Assembly: GCA_030606485.1 (NCBI GenBank)
Contig: JAUWGH010000006.1
Location: 135,966-199,965 of the forward strand
DNA: 64,000 nt
Origin: Promethearchaeota archaeon
GTDB lineage: Archaea > Asgardarchaeota > Lokiarchaeia > Sigyniarchaeales > SOKP01
Direction of reading: 5' to 3'
Positions within the stretch are counted from its first letter, which is position 1; each line of letters starts with the position of its first letter. Both the position numbers and the translations under genes were made by a program. Shown here one piece after another: positions 48,164 to 57,853 of the stretch. The notes below the pieces were generated by a model that ran no database searches, was not told the origin of the DNA, and saw only the letters and a list, made by a program, of their open reading frames with translations.

Positions 48164-49683
48164 ATGATTCAGACCATAAAATTTCGCTTGCATCCGACAC
48201 CTTCACAAGAGATCAAATTGCACGAGATTTTCACAATTTACAATAAAACAAAGCATATTGGATACAAACTTTTATTTGGACTGAAAGATATCAAAATTCC
48301 CAAACGGGAGAAGAGGAATATTGTCCAACCGCAATAAATGGATATCTGTCGAAATAACCCTTACGTTAATAGCATTTTAATTGAAAACGAAACGACTCTT
48401 GCCCAACAGCAAACTTGGAACGAGAAGCGTAAGAAATACATGAAGAACCAAATTGACACCATAACCGAGAAAATTGAACAAATAAAACAGAAGATAAGAA
48501 GGATAAAAGATTAAAAGGGCTTTATTCGAGGCTTTCTTCCGTTCAAAATAAACTAAATTTATTGAAGATCAAACCAGTAGTATTTGGTACAAAACAATTA
48601 TTCTATAAGAGAACCTTAAAAAGGGTCCATCGTGACGAGTTTAAAATCAAAAGGGACTCATCTTTTTGCTGTATTGGAAAAAAACAAGGTGTGAATTTAA
48701 ACCTTAAGGAGCTTCCCGACAAAACTCTGAAGGTTCGTACATTCTTAAAAGAAAAGGAAAAGAAGTGGCTCATGATACCATTTACCGTTAATTGCACACA
48801 AGAGAGACGATTTAACGAAATACTTCATGCTGAGAAATACACTGTAATCGTTTTGAGAAGAGTTAAAAAAGGAACAATAAAATATTTTGCCCATGTGTCC
48901 TATAAGATTCCAGAATTAGATATAGAATGCGGTTTTGGAAATGGAACAATTGGGCTCGACTTAAATTATAACTTCGCTTCGCTCTGTAATATTGGAAAAA
49001 CCGGCAATTTCAAGAGTTATCATGAAATTCAATTCAGGAATTTGCACTCATATCGAAAGAATAAGCGTGCAGATTATATCAGCTATAAAATGGATAAAGT
49101 TTTGAACTATTGTATCAATAAAAAAAAAGGATTGGTGATTGAAAACTTATCCTTTGAACAAGAGTTTTCTTACAATAAAAAGCTCAATAGAAAATTGAGC
49201 AATTTCAAATCAACCGCATTGGACTTACTAGAAAGAAAATGCCTGAAAAAAGGCGTTGCCATAAGAAAGGTGCACCCCGCATACACCTCTCTTATTGGAA
49301 AATATAAATATTCACGCTCATATAACTTATCAACTCACGTATTGGCGAGTTATGTGATCGCTCGAAGAGGTTTAGGATTTAAGGAATCTGTTCCTGCCGT
49401 TTATAAGCGGTTGCTCTCACAAGTCGGGGGCTTCATAAAACCCCGTTTGAAAAAGGGCAGTCCCTACTATGAATGGTCGCAAGTCCACGACTTCTTCAAG
49501 TATAGAGGGATAACTTCCTTCAAGACTTCCGAAGTAATGCGAAAAGTATTACAAATGAAGTATGTCTTGAACTCGGTGACGAGCGCACAGCCCGATAACC
49601 TTAAGGCTGGTCTTTCCAATAGCGGAAAGATTGATGATTGGAATAAATTTTGGAATTTTATAGAAATTACCAATTTTTTATAA
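48164..49683 (+). pseudogene. tnpB: TnpB-like (IS200/IS605 OrfB, RuvC-fold) gene, disrupted at the 5' end and lacking the Zn-ribbon
   Basis: The ATG at 48164 gives MIQTIKFRLHPTPSQEIKLHEIF (TnpB-type N-terminus). There is an in-frame TAA at 48335-48337 and a frame change within ~48478-48514, then an intact 373-codon ORF at 48562..49683. That ORF has GLDLN (RuvC-I), VIENL (RuvC-II) and PAYTS. The CxxC...CxxC ribbon is absent, and STHVLASYVIARRG replaces the usual ADxNAAxNIxxRG. Confidence 0.65.
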
Positions 49684-49687
49684 ATAA

Positions 49688-50068
49688 TTAGAAGGTTGGC
49701 ATATCTCTACTTGCTATAACATTAACTTCCAAATTATGAATATTTTCAACTAAAATATCACCTACTTTAATTGGTGCCTTGACCTTAATACTTGAGAGTT
49801 CTTTAATTATTTCAAATACCGATTCTTTTGGGATTGGTTTCTCAGTTCTTACTGGAATAATGGATAGAAATCCATCCTCAACTCTCATGGTAGCTGTAAC
49901 AATTCTTTTTGGTTCAAAAAGTTCCTCCTTTGCATATTCCTCTCCTCTTTTACACCCAAAACCTATAATCTTAACCTCTCCATCAACGTTCTCGGCTGTG
50001 ATCTCACAACCAGTTGGACATACTATACATCTAATAACCTTTTTATCTTTTTTGCTACTCTCTGACAT
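49688..50068 (-). CDS. DUF1667 Cys-rich protein (third subunit of the GlpA-like oxidoreductase operon)
   Basis: CIVCPTGCEI...GFGCKRGEEYA. 126 aa, 3 nt downstream of the preceding gene. Confidence 0.8.
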   Translation of the reverse strand: MSESSKKDKKVIRCIVCPTGCEITAENVDGEVKIIGFGCKRGEEYAKEELFEPKRIVTATMRVEDGFLSIIPVRTEKPIPKESVFEIIKELSSIKVKAPIKVGDILVENIHNLEVNVIASRDMPTF

Positions 50069-50071
50069 TTA

Positions 50072-51373
50072 TTATCCCACCTCATCTAAAACTTCCAATA
50101 ATGACACAGGTAACACCTCAATTTTTAATTCCCTACAATTTGGAGAAATAACTTCTGGTTTAAACTTGGTCCTGACTTCGATCATTTCGCTTGGAATTAC
50201 AAATGATCTTACTCTTTGATAAACAATTTTATTTACTTCTTTAATTACAATAATTACATCTCTATCGGGTTCTTTAACTCTTAAATGAAAATGTAAGAGA
50301 TTTTCTAAATTGGAAAAATTCACATAATCAGGTTTTACATATCCAACATTTATCCCTGGGATTATCTTAATATGATCCTTTTTAATTTGGTCCTTACCAT
50401 ACCTTTCTTTCACGTAAATAGCAGCATTTTTGCCAGCTCTCTTAGCTTCTTCAGAAACATTATCAACGAGATCATGAACTTGAAGAACATTACCGCATGC
50501 AAAAATTCCGTCCATAATAGTCTCTAAATTATCATCTACTATGGGACCTCCGTTATTAGATAATTCCGCCCCTGCTTTGGTTGTTAATTCATTTTCTGGT
50601 ACTAACCCAACTGATAAAAGTATTGAATCGCATTCAATATATTCATCTGACCCTACAATCTGATCCCAGTTTTGATCTACACTGGAAATTGTAATACCTT
50701 CAACTCTATCTTTACCATGAATTTTTGTTATCGTATGATTTAAAATTAGAGGTATATTATAATCTTCCAAACATTGAACTTGATTTCTTATTAATCCACT
50801 TACATATGACTTAATTTCCACAACTGCTTTAACCTCACAACCCAACCAAGTTAATCTCCTTGCCATTATCATACCAATATCTCCTGACCCCAAAATTACA
50901 TATGTTTTTCCGGGAATATATCCTTCAATATTCACAAACCTTTGAGCTTGTCCCGCAGTATAAATTCCAGCTGGTCGAAAACCTGGAATATTGATAGCTC
51001 CTCTTGTCTTTTCTCTGCATCCCATAGATAAAATAATTGCTTTAGCCTTAATTTTTAAAAGACCCTCTTTTTTATTTACTGCATAAATTTCTTTGTCTTC
51101 AGTAATTTCTATTACCATGGTATCAAGTTTATATGGAATTTTTAATTCCTTCGCTTCATTAATAAACCTTTGAATATATTCAGGTCCTGTAAGATCTTCT
51201 TTAAATATTTTAAGACCAAAACCATTGTGAATACATTGTAATGTGATACCACCGAGCTCATCATTTCTTTCTAATATCAATACATCCATACCCTGTTTTT
51301 TAGCTTCAATTGCTGCTCCCAACCCTGCAGACCCTGCCCCAATAACTGCAATATCTACATCTAATGATTTCAC
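50072..51373 (-). CDS. FAD/NAD(P)-binding pyridine-nucleotide-disulfide-type oxidoreductase
   Basis: Two dinucleotide folds, DIAVIGAGSAGLGAA and YVILGSGDIGMIMA. Overlaps the upstream gene by 4 nt. Confidence 0.8.
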   Translation of the reverse strand: MKSLDVDIAVIGAGSAGLGAAIEAKKQGMDVLILERNDELGGITLQCIHNGFGLKIFKEDLTGPEYIQRFINEAKELKIPYKLDTMVIEITEDKEIYAVNKKEGLLKIKAKAIILSMGCREKTRGAINIPGFRPAGIYTAGQAQRFVNIEGYIPGKTYVILGSGDIGMIMARRLTWLGCEVKAVVEIKSYVSGLIRNQVQCLEDYNIPLILNHTITKIHGKDRVEGITISSVDQNWDQIVGSDEYIECDSILLSVGLVPENELTTKAGAELSNNGGPIVDDNLETIMDGIFACGNVLQVHDLVDNVSEEAKRAGKNAAIYVKERYGKDQIKKDHIKIIPGINVGYVKPDYVNFSNLENLLHFHLRVKEPDRDVIIVIKEVNKIVYQRVRSFVIPSEMIEVRTKFKPEVISPNCRELKIEVLPVSLLEVLDEVG

Positions 51374-52854
51374 TTTTCTGCAACCTCCTCAGATTCCTTG
51401 CTATCTTCTGTTAACTCTATGCATAGCACTTTATTTACTAAATAATGCGAACCCTTTCCTCTTTTAGTTACTTCATCATAAGGAATATTTAATTCTCGAG
51501 ATAAAATTTCCATTACCCTCGGCATGCAAAAGCCACCTTGACACCGTCCCATTCCGGCGCGACATCTAAACTTAACTCCATCGATTGTTGTTGCTCCTAC
51601 AGGTCTACGGATTGAATCAACAATTTCTGCTTCAGGAATGGTCTCACACCTGCATATAATTCGTCCCCATGCAGGATTTTCCTTAATTTTTTGGTTAAGT
51701 TTCATTTTAGTAAAATCCGAAAGATGCTCTGGTTTTGGTCTATATGGGTTATAATTCTCTTTTCCCTTCAATTCTTCACCTAAATCTTCGACTAAAATTC
51801 TTACAACTTCTTCTGCAATTGCAAATATGGCTGTAAGTCCCGGAGATAAAATTCCCGCAACATTTACAAAACCAACCATCTCTGTCGCTTCTATGATGAA
51901 ATCCATTGTATTTGAAACCGCACGTAATCCCGCAAAATTACGGATTGCTGCATTTAATGGTAAATTAGGAACAAGCTTTAACCCCCCTGATATTATCTCC
52001 TTAAGCCCTCTAGTTGTTGTAGATACATCCTCAATATCTAAAATATTATCTGCATTTGGACCAATAAATACATGACCATGAATTGTTGGTGAAACCAAAA
52101 TTCCCTTAGATAACCTTGTTGGCATCGGAAATAGAACTTTATTGAGATGAATTGAACTTTTATCAAATAGAATATACTCCCCCCGTCGTGGATATATCTC
52201 AAAAGTATCAACCCCAGCCATTCGTGAAATTTCAGCGGAATATAGACCTGCTGCATTAATTACAATCCTAGAAGTAAATTTCTTGAGTTTTGTTTCTACT
52301 TCAAAACCTGCAACTATTTTATTTATACCAATAATTTCATGCTCTCTAAAAAATTCAACTCCGTTCATATTCGCATTTTCGGCTAATGCAAATGTAAATT
52401 CGTAAGGACTTATAATTCCTCCACTTGGGGCATGAAGAACGGCTATTACTTTATCCGTTAATTGAGGCTCCATTTGCTTAATCCGATTTTTATCGATAAT
52501 AATTTCTAAACCTGGAACACCATCTTCTGTACCATAATTTCTTATATATACCAAATCTTTAATTTGTCTTTCTTCAAGTGCAACTACTAATGTCCCTGTC
52601 CTTTTAAATGGAAAATTTAATTCCTTATGCGCCTGATCGAACAATTTATTCCCGCGAATGCAAAATTCCCTCTTTTTATATTTTCGATCAGCTGCATAAC
52701 CCGCATGAACAACACCAGAATTACCTTTAGTCGTTCCTGATGCTATATCGGCTTCTTTCTCTAAAAGACAAATCTTTAAATCATAACGAGATAGAGTTCT
52801 AGCTATACAACACCCAGTAACTCCCCCTCCAATAATAATTACATCATAATCCAT
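51370..52854 (-). CDS. FAD-dependent glycerol-3-phosphate / 2-hydroxyacid dehydrogenase-like oxidoreductase with BFD-like [2Fe-2S] domain
   Basis: DVIIIGGGVTGCCIA (DAO-type FAD fold). C-terminal CRCETI...CRAGMGRCQGGFC. Confidence 0.8.
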   Translation of the reverse strand: MDYDVIIIGGGVTGCCIARTLSRYDLKICLLEKEADIASGTTKGNSGVVHAGYAADRKYKKREFCIRGNKLFDQAHKELNFPFKRTGTLVVALEERQIKDLVYIRNYGTEDGVPGLEIIIDKNRIKQMEPQLTDKVIAVLHAPSGGIISPYEFTFALAENANMNGVEFFREHEIIGINKIVAGFEVETKLKKFTSRIVINAAGLYSAEISRMAGVDTFEIYPRRGEYILFDKSSIHLNKVLFPMPTRLSKGILVSPTIHGHVFIGPNADNILDIEDVSTTTRGLKEIISGGLKLVPNLPLNAAIRNFAGLRAVSNTMDFIIEATEMVGFVNVAGILSPGLTAIFAIAEEVVRILVEDLGEELKGKENYNPYRPKPEHLSDFTKMKLNQKIKENPAWGRIICRCETIPEAEIVDSIRRPVGATTIDGVKFRCRAGMGRCQGGFCMPRVMEILSRELNIPYDEVTKRGKGSHYLVNKVLCIELTEDSKESEEVAEK

Positions 52855-53057
52855 TAAATTCAGTTCCGAAAAGATATTTTTACAAAATCAAATTCATAGA
52901 TGATAATCTTAATTAAAATAAATAAAAGCAATTAAAAACTCTTTACTTTAATTGGGATTCCCTAAGAAGTTAATTATAATTAAACCTTAATAAAAATTTA
53001 CTTAATAACATTAAAAAAACATTTGAATGTCGAGATCGAATAGGTTTAAAGCCAAAT

Positions 53058-53408
53058 TTAAAATAATATTAAAATTAACATTGTTATATTAAAAATACAC
53101 CACAATATGATTAAGGCTTTAACTAAAGGATTGAATAATATCCAAGTCCTCTTTTTTACAATATTGTAATATAAAATCTGATTTCTTAAAATCCCCATGA
53201 ATGAATTTGATGTCTTAATATGGTCTTTTTTACTAAAATTACTCCCCAAAAATCTTGGACTCGATAAATTCTTGATGAAATTATCAATATCTATTGTAGA
53301 TGATAAATCAATATCCCTAGAAACCCTTGATTCATTAAGGTCTTTAACAATTCCCAACTTATCAAAAATTCTTTTGTTCCTAATGTAAAAATCTTCAAAA
53401 ATTCTCAT
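53058..53408 (-). CDS. Hypothetical protein with C-terminal TM helix
   Basis: 116-aa ORF with C-terminal WILFNPLVKALIILWCIFNITMLILILF. No motif recognised. Confidence 0.35.
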   Translation of the reverse strand: MRIFEDFYIRNKRIFDKLGIVKDLNESRVSRDIDLSSTIDIDNFIKNLSSPRFLGSNFSKKDHIKTSNSFMGILRNQILYYNIVKKRTWILFNPLVKALIILWCIFNITMLILILF

Positions 53409-53678
53409 ATTTTCAGGTCTAATAGATTTAGTGTTTCTTAATATATTCTATTTTATTATATACAAGTCATTGTATAAATTTTTTATTACTTCAAAAAAAA
53501 TTAAGAAAGGTAAATAATGGAATTTTTCAAAATTTCTTGCTACATAGATAATTCAATGACTTTAATCTCCTATTTAATTCCATTAAAATAGTGTTAGGAA
53601 TTATCTAATGTTTTTTTTTCCTTCTTAATTAATATTATAAAAATAAGTTTAAAAAAGAACATTTATTCATATTTAATC

Positions 53679-54095
53679 ATGCCTAGCCTATTAGATACAA
53701 TATTGGATATTTTTGAAGTAAAAAATGTAGAGAAAATTGATCGAGAAGAATTAATCGAGAACCTAAGTTATGCAGGCGATGTAATCCAAGAATATCTGGA
53801 AGAAAGTATCCAAAAAGATAAATCCCTTAAACTCTCCGATGATATTTTATATTACGTGAATGGTAATGTATGGGAAGAAAATAATAAACTCTATTTGGAA
53901 CTCGATCTTAGTAGGGAAGATACTTCCACCGAGGATGAAGATGAAGCATCTAAAACAGTTTTCGCTTCCGGAACTCCAATAGAGATCTGTAAAATTTCAT
54001 CAGATATGAAAAATGCAGAGATCATCCAAAAAGTCCAGGAAAAAATTAATGAATTTCAAGAAAAATTTCTAAAACTTGTTAAAGCCACAAAATAG
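53679..54095 (+). CDS. Hypothetical acidic protein
   Basis: 138-aa ORF, Glu/Asp-rich (STEDEDEAS), followed by a T-tract. Confidence 0.4.
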   Translation: MPSLLDTILDIFEVKNVEKIDREELIENLSYAGDVIQEYLEESIQKDKSLKLSDDILYYVNGNVWEENNKLYLELDLSREDTSTEDEDEASKTVFASGTPIEICKISSDMKNAEIIQKVQEKINEFQEKFLKLVKATK

Positions 54096-54108
54096 TTATT
54101 TTTCATTA

Positions 54109-54118
54109 TTTTTTTTTT
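54109..54118 (+). terminator. Oligo-T tract (10 T) 14 nt after the stop; candidate archaeal terminator
   Basis: TAG at 54093-54095, then ...CATTATTTTTTTTTT. Confidence 0.3.
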
Positions 54119-54171
54119 ATTTTCAAAAAAAATAATTATAAATTGAAACCTAAAGAATAAGTCTTATTTTA

Positions 54172-54369
54172 TCAATCCCCAGATACTTTCACTGATGATT
54201 TATTTTTAATTTTTTCAACATTTGTATAAAAATCCCTAACCTCACTTAACTCCATTGTCACAATCGTATGTCTTGCGTGGTCCTTCTCAAACTTTTTTAC
54301 TATCTGCGAACTTATGAAGTTATCTGGATGAATTAGTACGTACTGTTTACACTTTAAACAAGCACGCAC
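54172..54369 (-). CDS. Hypothetical small protein
   Basis: 65-aa ORF with a non-ATG start and CLKC near the N-terminus. Confidence 0.3.
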   Translation of the reverse strand: MRACLKCKQYVLIHPDNFISSQIVKKFEKDHARHTIVTMELSEVRDFYTNVEKIKNKSSVKVSGD

Positions 54370-54562
54370 TCGAATTTTAATTACCTCGACAAAATCTTAA
54401 TAACTTCCTTATTACATATCATAAATTAAAAAGAAATAAATAAATGTTTTGCATCTTAATAATTTGAAACACTAACACGAACAAGTAATTTAAATTAAAT
54501 TTTGAGTTATAATTTTTAATAAGAGAATAGAAGAATATTAAGATTTTTAAAAAAAATTACTA

Positions 54563-55621
54563 TCAATTCCTTAGAGAAAAAGTAAAGTTATGTGTTAGGT
54601 CTTCATATTTCCTACCCATTACAATATTAAATTTTCCGGTATTCATATTATAAACTGCAGACCATTGTGTTGAATAGGAAGGATTGGTTTGAGAAACATC
54701 TTCCAATAAGTTCATTGCCTCCGTCTGGGAAAGTTCTCCGTTATTATTACTTAAAACATCTTGAGCTATTGTATATCTTGAACATAAAGCCCTCTCTTGT
54801 TCGTTACTACCATATATGACAAAATTTGTTGAAACTTGCCATGTATTATCATTTTTAAGAACTTGCATCTCACCACCAACCCATTCAATTACAGCAGAAT
54901 TGCCTTCAGGATCCGCAATTAAATAATGAAGAGGTGGTCCGGGTGGAAAATATACATTATAATTTTCCCATAAATTAATAACTTCTTCAATTGTTTTTGC
55001 ATAATCCAAAGCTAGCCTCATAATGGAACAACTATTAAGCGTAGTTTTATTAGGATCTATTGGGTTGTCTGCTTGAGGAACAGCCATACATGCTACAGTT
55101 AATCCGAACTCATTCATTCCATCTAATGTATAATAAGGGGATGTCAAAAGATTTCTTTGGGATTCAATAGACATCTGTGAAACTTGTTCATCATTAGAAA
55201 ATCCAAGCATTCCCATATCTACCATAGTAACTGATGCATATCCATGAGGAGAGTCAGTAAATAATAAAAGTTTTGGACTATATGTCCAATCAAAATTTCT
55301 ACCAAAAAGCATATCACTCACATTATTCAATACCGCAAAACATGTGCAAGCCCAATCCCTATTCTTATCAATATTTTGAGCATGAACATTCATACCACTC
55401 TCTAAATATTGTTCAAATCCATAATCTCCGTAATATGTCATAACATAAAGAGGATGATCATCAATTTTTTCTAAGCTTGATAAGGTTTTTTGGTCATTTT
55501 CAGAGAGTAAACTCTGATCTGAGATAATAATAACAGTTATTGAAGCGATGACAACTAACCCAACAATCAAAAAAACAATGAAATATTTTTTAAAACTAAA
55601 TTTTTTGATCTCTTCTTCCAA
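54563..55621 (-). CDS. Membrane-anchored Ntn hydrolase (choloylglycine-hydrolase / linear amide C-N hydrolase family)
   Basis: N-terminal TM anchor, candidate nucleophile Cys in DWACTCFAV, then GRNFDW, typical of the CBAH family. Confidence 0.65.
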   Translation of the reverse strand: MEEEIKKFSFKKYFIVFLIVGLVVIASITVIIISDQSLLSENDQKTLSSLEKIDDHPLYVMTYYGDYGFEQYLESGMNVHAQNIDKNRDWACTCFAVLNNVSDMLFGRNFDWTYSPKLLLFTDSPHGYASVTMVDMGMLGFSNDEQVSQMSIESQRNLLTSPYYTLDGMNEFGLTVACMAVPQADNPIDPNKTTLNSCSIMRLALDYAKTIEEVINLWENYNVYFPPGPPLHYLIADPEGNSAVIEWVGGEMQVLKNDNTWQVSTNFVIYGSNEQERALCSRYTIAQDVLSNNNGELSQTEAMNLLEDVSQTNPSYSTQWSAVYNMNTGKFNIVMGRKYEDLTHNFTFSLRN

Positions 55622-55704
55622 ATTTAAATCTACTATTCCAAATTATTTGAATTTAATAGTACATCTTCCATAATTTCATTAAATTTAATTTATTGAACAT
55701 TGAA

Positions 55705-57756
55705 TTATATACTTTTTGATTTAATTACACGAGAACTCAACAGATCAATAATTGATTTATAAATTTCAATCTTTTCATCTTTGCTTAGTCGTAATTTTTC
55801 AAAAAACACATCATCTAATTTTTTTTTCAAGGTTTTAATTTTTTCTAATAAAACTTCCTTTGGATGTTTCGTTCCAATCTCATTATATATAGAATCTATG
55901 GGTTTAATACATAATTTTTTAAATAAATTCTCCACTTTTTTATAATCTTCATCCGGGAATTTATCTGGATTAAACACTAATAACTTCTCTGCTAAAAATT
56001 CGCTTAATTCTGCTACTGTCACAGAGCCCGTAAGTTCATATCCAGCGAGCTCATAAAAAAGCCGCCCAAGTGTTGAATTTAGAAATGCCAATGCAATAAT
56101 CAGCGAACGCTTAGATTCCAATTTAATTTCATATAATGTCTGATCACAATAAACCCCCTTATTATTCAAATAAACATAGAATTTCTCCCCCATTCGTTTA
56201 GGAAACAAAATTTTGTAGGGCTCTCGAACCCCCAAATCAAACCAACGCTTTCTATTCTTCATTGTTCTACGGTTGTGGAAACCTTGAGACTCACCCCATT
56301 TTATATAATTCAAGATTCCCTTCTTTAAATTTTGCTTATTATCGTGAATTATAAGGACAACTTGATTTAACGACTCCGGTTTAATTTTAACAAAATCACT
56401 TTCTCTTGGACTTTTAATTAAATAATTTGGAACCCAATCATTTGACTTCTTATGCATCCAATACTCCTTTTCTATACTAAATCTCAACTGATTTGACTTT
56501 GAATCATACAATAATAAATCCATTGTGTTAGGGTCTTTCTCAGTGTAAAAATTCTTGTTCTTATTACCTGGCGCCGGAATATAGAAAAATTGATTGGCTC
56601 CAGTTGTAAAACCCCGCCGAAATGTGCCGATTTCTTTTAACGGAACCCAAAGATCTTTTCCCTTTTCTAATAAAGCAAAATAAATATCAGGTGCTCGTAG
56701 AAATATATCCCACCTTGAACCAACATATTTACTTACTTTTTTATCATAACCATGATTCCAGAGATCTTGCTGTGTAATTGGGAAAATTCTAATATTATGT
56801 TCCATATCAACCATATAATTATCCAAATCATTGATATAATTCCAAAATGCATCATTCATTTGCCAACGCTCATTTTCATCCAAATCTTCACGCTTTGTAG
56901 TATTTGTAAATTTATCTAAAATATTTACTAATTTGTCCCGCAACTGTATAAATCTCACAACATTATTCAAACGCTCCGATTCATTGGAACACTTCTCCAA
57001 TATGATAATTATCGTATCAACTTCTGCAAACTCAAAAAATCGCTCCACCTTCGAGCCAACAATTGCCTTTATTTTGAAATTTTTTAATAAAAATTCCTGC
57101 AATTGCGTCCCATAACCAACACTGAGCCATAAATTAGGCGTAATATAACCCATAACACCATTATCTTTTAAGAAAATGCTGCTATGATAAATAAAATAAG
57201 CATAAAGACTGGTTCGCTTACTCAATGAAATAGTATGATTTAATTCCTCCTCAATTTGTTTGATTAATTTTTCTTTATATTTTTTACCCATTGAATGATT
57301 TATTCGCTCTTGACGCGTAAAAGGTGGATTTGCTACAATAATATCAAATTTAGGCATTCCAATTTTTTTATCAAAATGCGCTAAGTCTTTTAAATGGCAA
57401 AAAGATTCCTTTTTTAATAGGAGACTTGGCTTAATTTTAAAAAAATCCGCTTTTAAGATATTTCTAAAATAATTTTTATTGTCTAATAATTTAAAAGAAG
57501 GAGATATATCAATACCCCAAATGTTATCCAAAATTTCTTTTTGATTATTTTTACTATTATTAATATAAATTAACCGAGAATATGCCCTCTGTAAAAAAAT
57601 TCCATGTCCACATCCTGGGTCTAAAACATTTTGCCTTTTATTAGTTACAGTTACACTTAAAATCAAATCAACTATATCAGAACTTGTGTAAAATTGTCCA
57701 AGAGGATTATTTTTCATACAATTTCTAAAAGGTGTTTTAATTCCTACGAATTTCAA
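55705..57756 (-). CDS. N6-adenine DNA methyltransferase (gamma class, Eco57I/TaqI-like) with a large C-terminal recognition region
   Basis: GQFYTSSDIVDLIL, motif I LDPGCGHGIF, motif IV IVANPPF. 683 aa with no recognisable nuclease domain. Confidence 0.8.
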   Translation of the reverse strand: MKFVGIKTPFRNCMKNNPLGQFYTSSDIVDLILSVTVTNKRQNVLDPGCGHGIFLQRAYSRLIYINNSKNNQKEILDNIWGIDISPSFKLLDNKNYFRNILKADFFKIKPSLLLKKESFCHLKDLAHFDKKIGMPKFDIIVANPPFTRQERINHSMGKKYKEKLIKQIEEELNHTISLSKRTSLYAYFIYHSSIFLKDNGVMGYITPNLWLSVGYGTQLQEFLLKNFKIKAIVGSKVERFFEFAEVDTIIIILEKCSNESERLNNVVRFIQLRDKLVNILDKFTNTTKREDLDENERWQMNDAFWNYINDLDNYMVDMEHNIRIFPITQQDLWNHGYDKKVSKYVGSRWDIFLRAPDIYFALLEKGKDLWVPLKEIGTFRRGFTTGANQFFYIPAPGNKNKNFYTEKDPNTMDLLLYDSKSNQLRFSIEKEYWMHKKSNDWVPNYLIKSPRESDFVKIKPESLNQVVLIIHDNKQNLKKGILNYIKWGESQGFHNRRTMKNRKRWFDLGVREPYKILFPKRMGEKFYVYLNNKGVYCDQTLYEIKLESKRSLIIALAFLNSTLGRLFYELAGYELTGSVTVAELSEFLAEKLLVFNPDKFPDEDYKKVENLFKKLCIKPIDSIYNEIGTKHPKEVLLEKIKTLKKKLDDVFFEKLRLSKDEKIEIYKSIIDLLSSRVIKSKSI

Positions 57757-57853
57757 ATAAATTTATAAAAATATAATATTCCAATAAAAACTAAAGAATA
57801 ATTACGTAAAAAGATTTAAATTTTTAAACTTAAATATCTAAATTAAATCAATA

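Noticed and set aside
49779-50219. 146-aa plus-strand ORF opposite the DUF1667 gene and the 3' end of the oxidoreductase gene. Similar antisense ORFs lie at 51243..51467, 51827..52075, 60766..60954, 23621..23920 and 12285..12677.
   Set aside because: These ORFs are antisense to genes with clear family motifs and have no motifs of their own. They are typical shadow ORFs.
55705-57756. Calling the methyltransferase a complete type IIG or type II restriction-modification system.
   Set aside because: I could not recognise a PD-(D/E)xK, HNH or other nuclease motif in the protein or in adjacent ORFs. Only the methylase function is supported.
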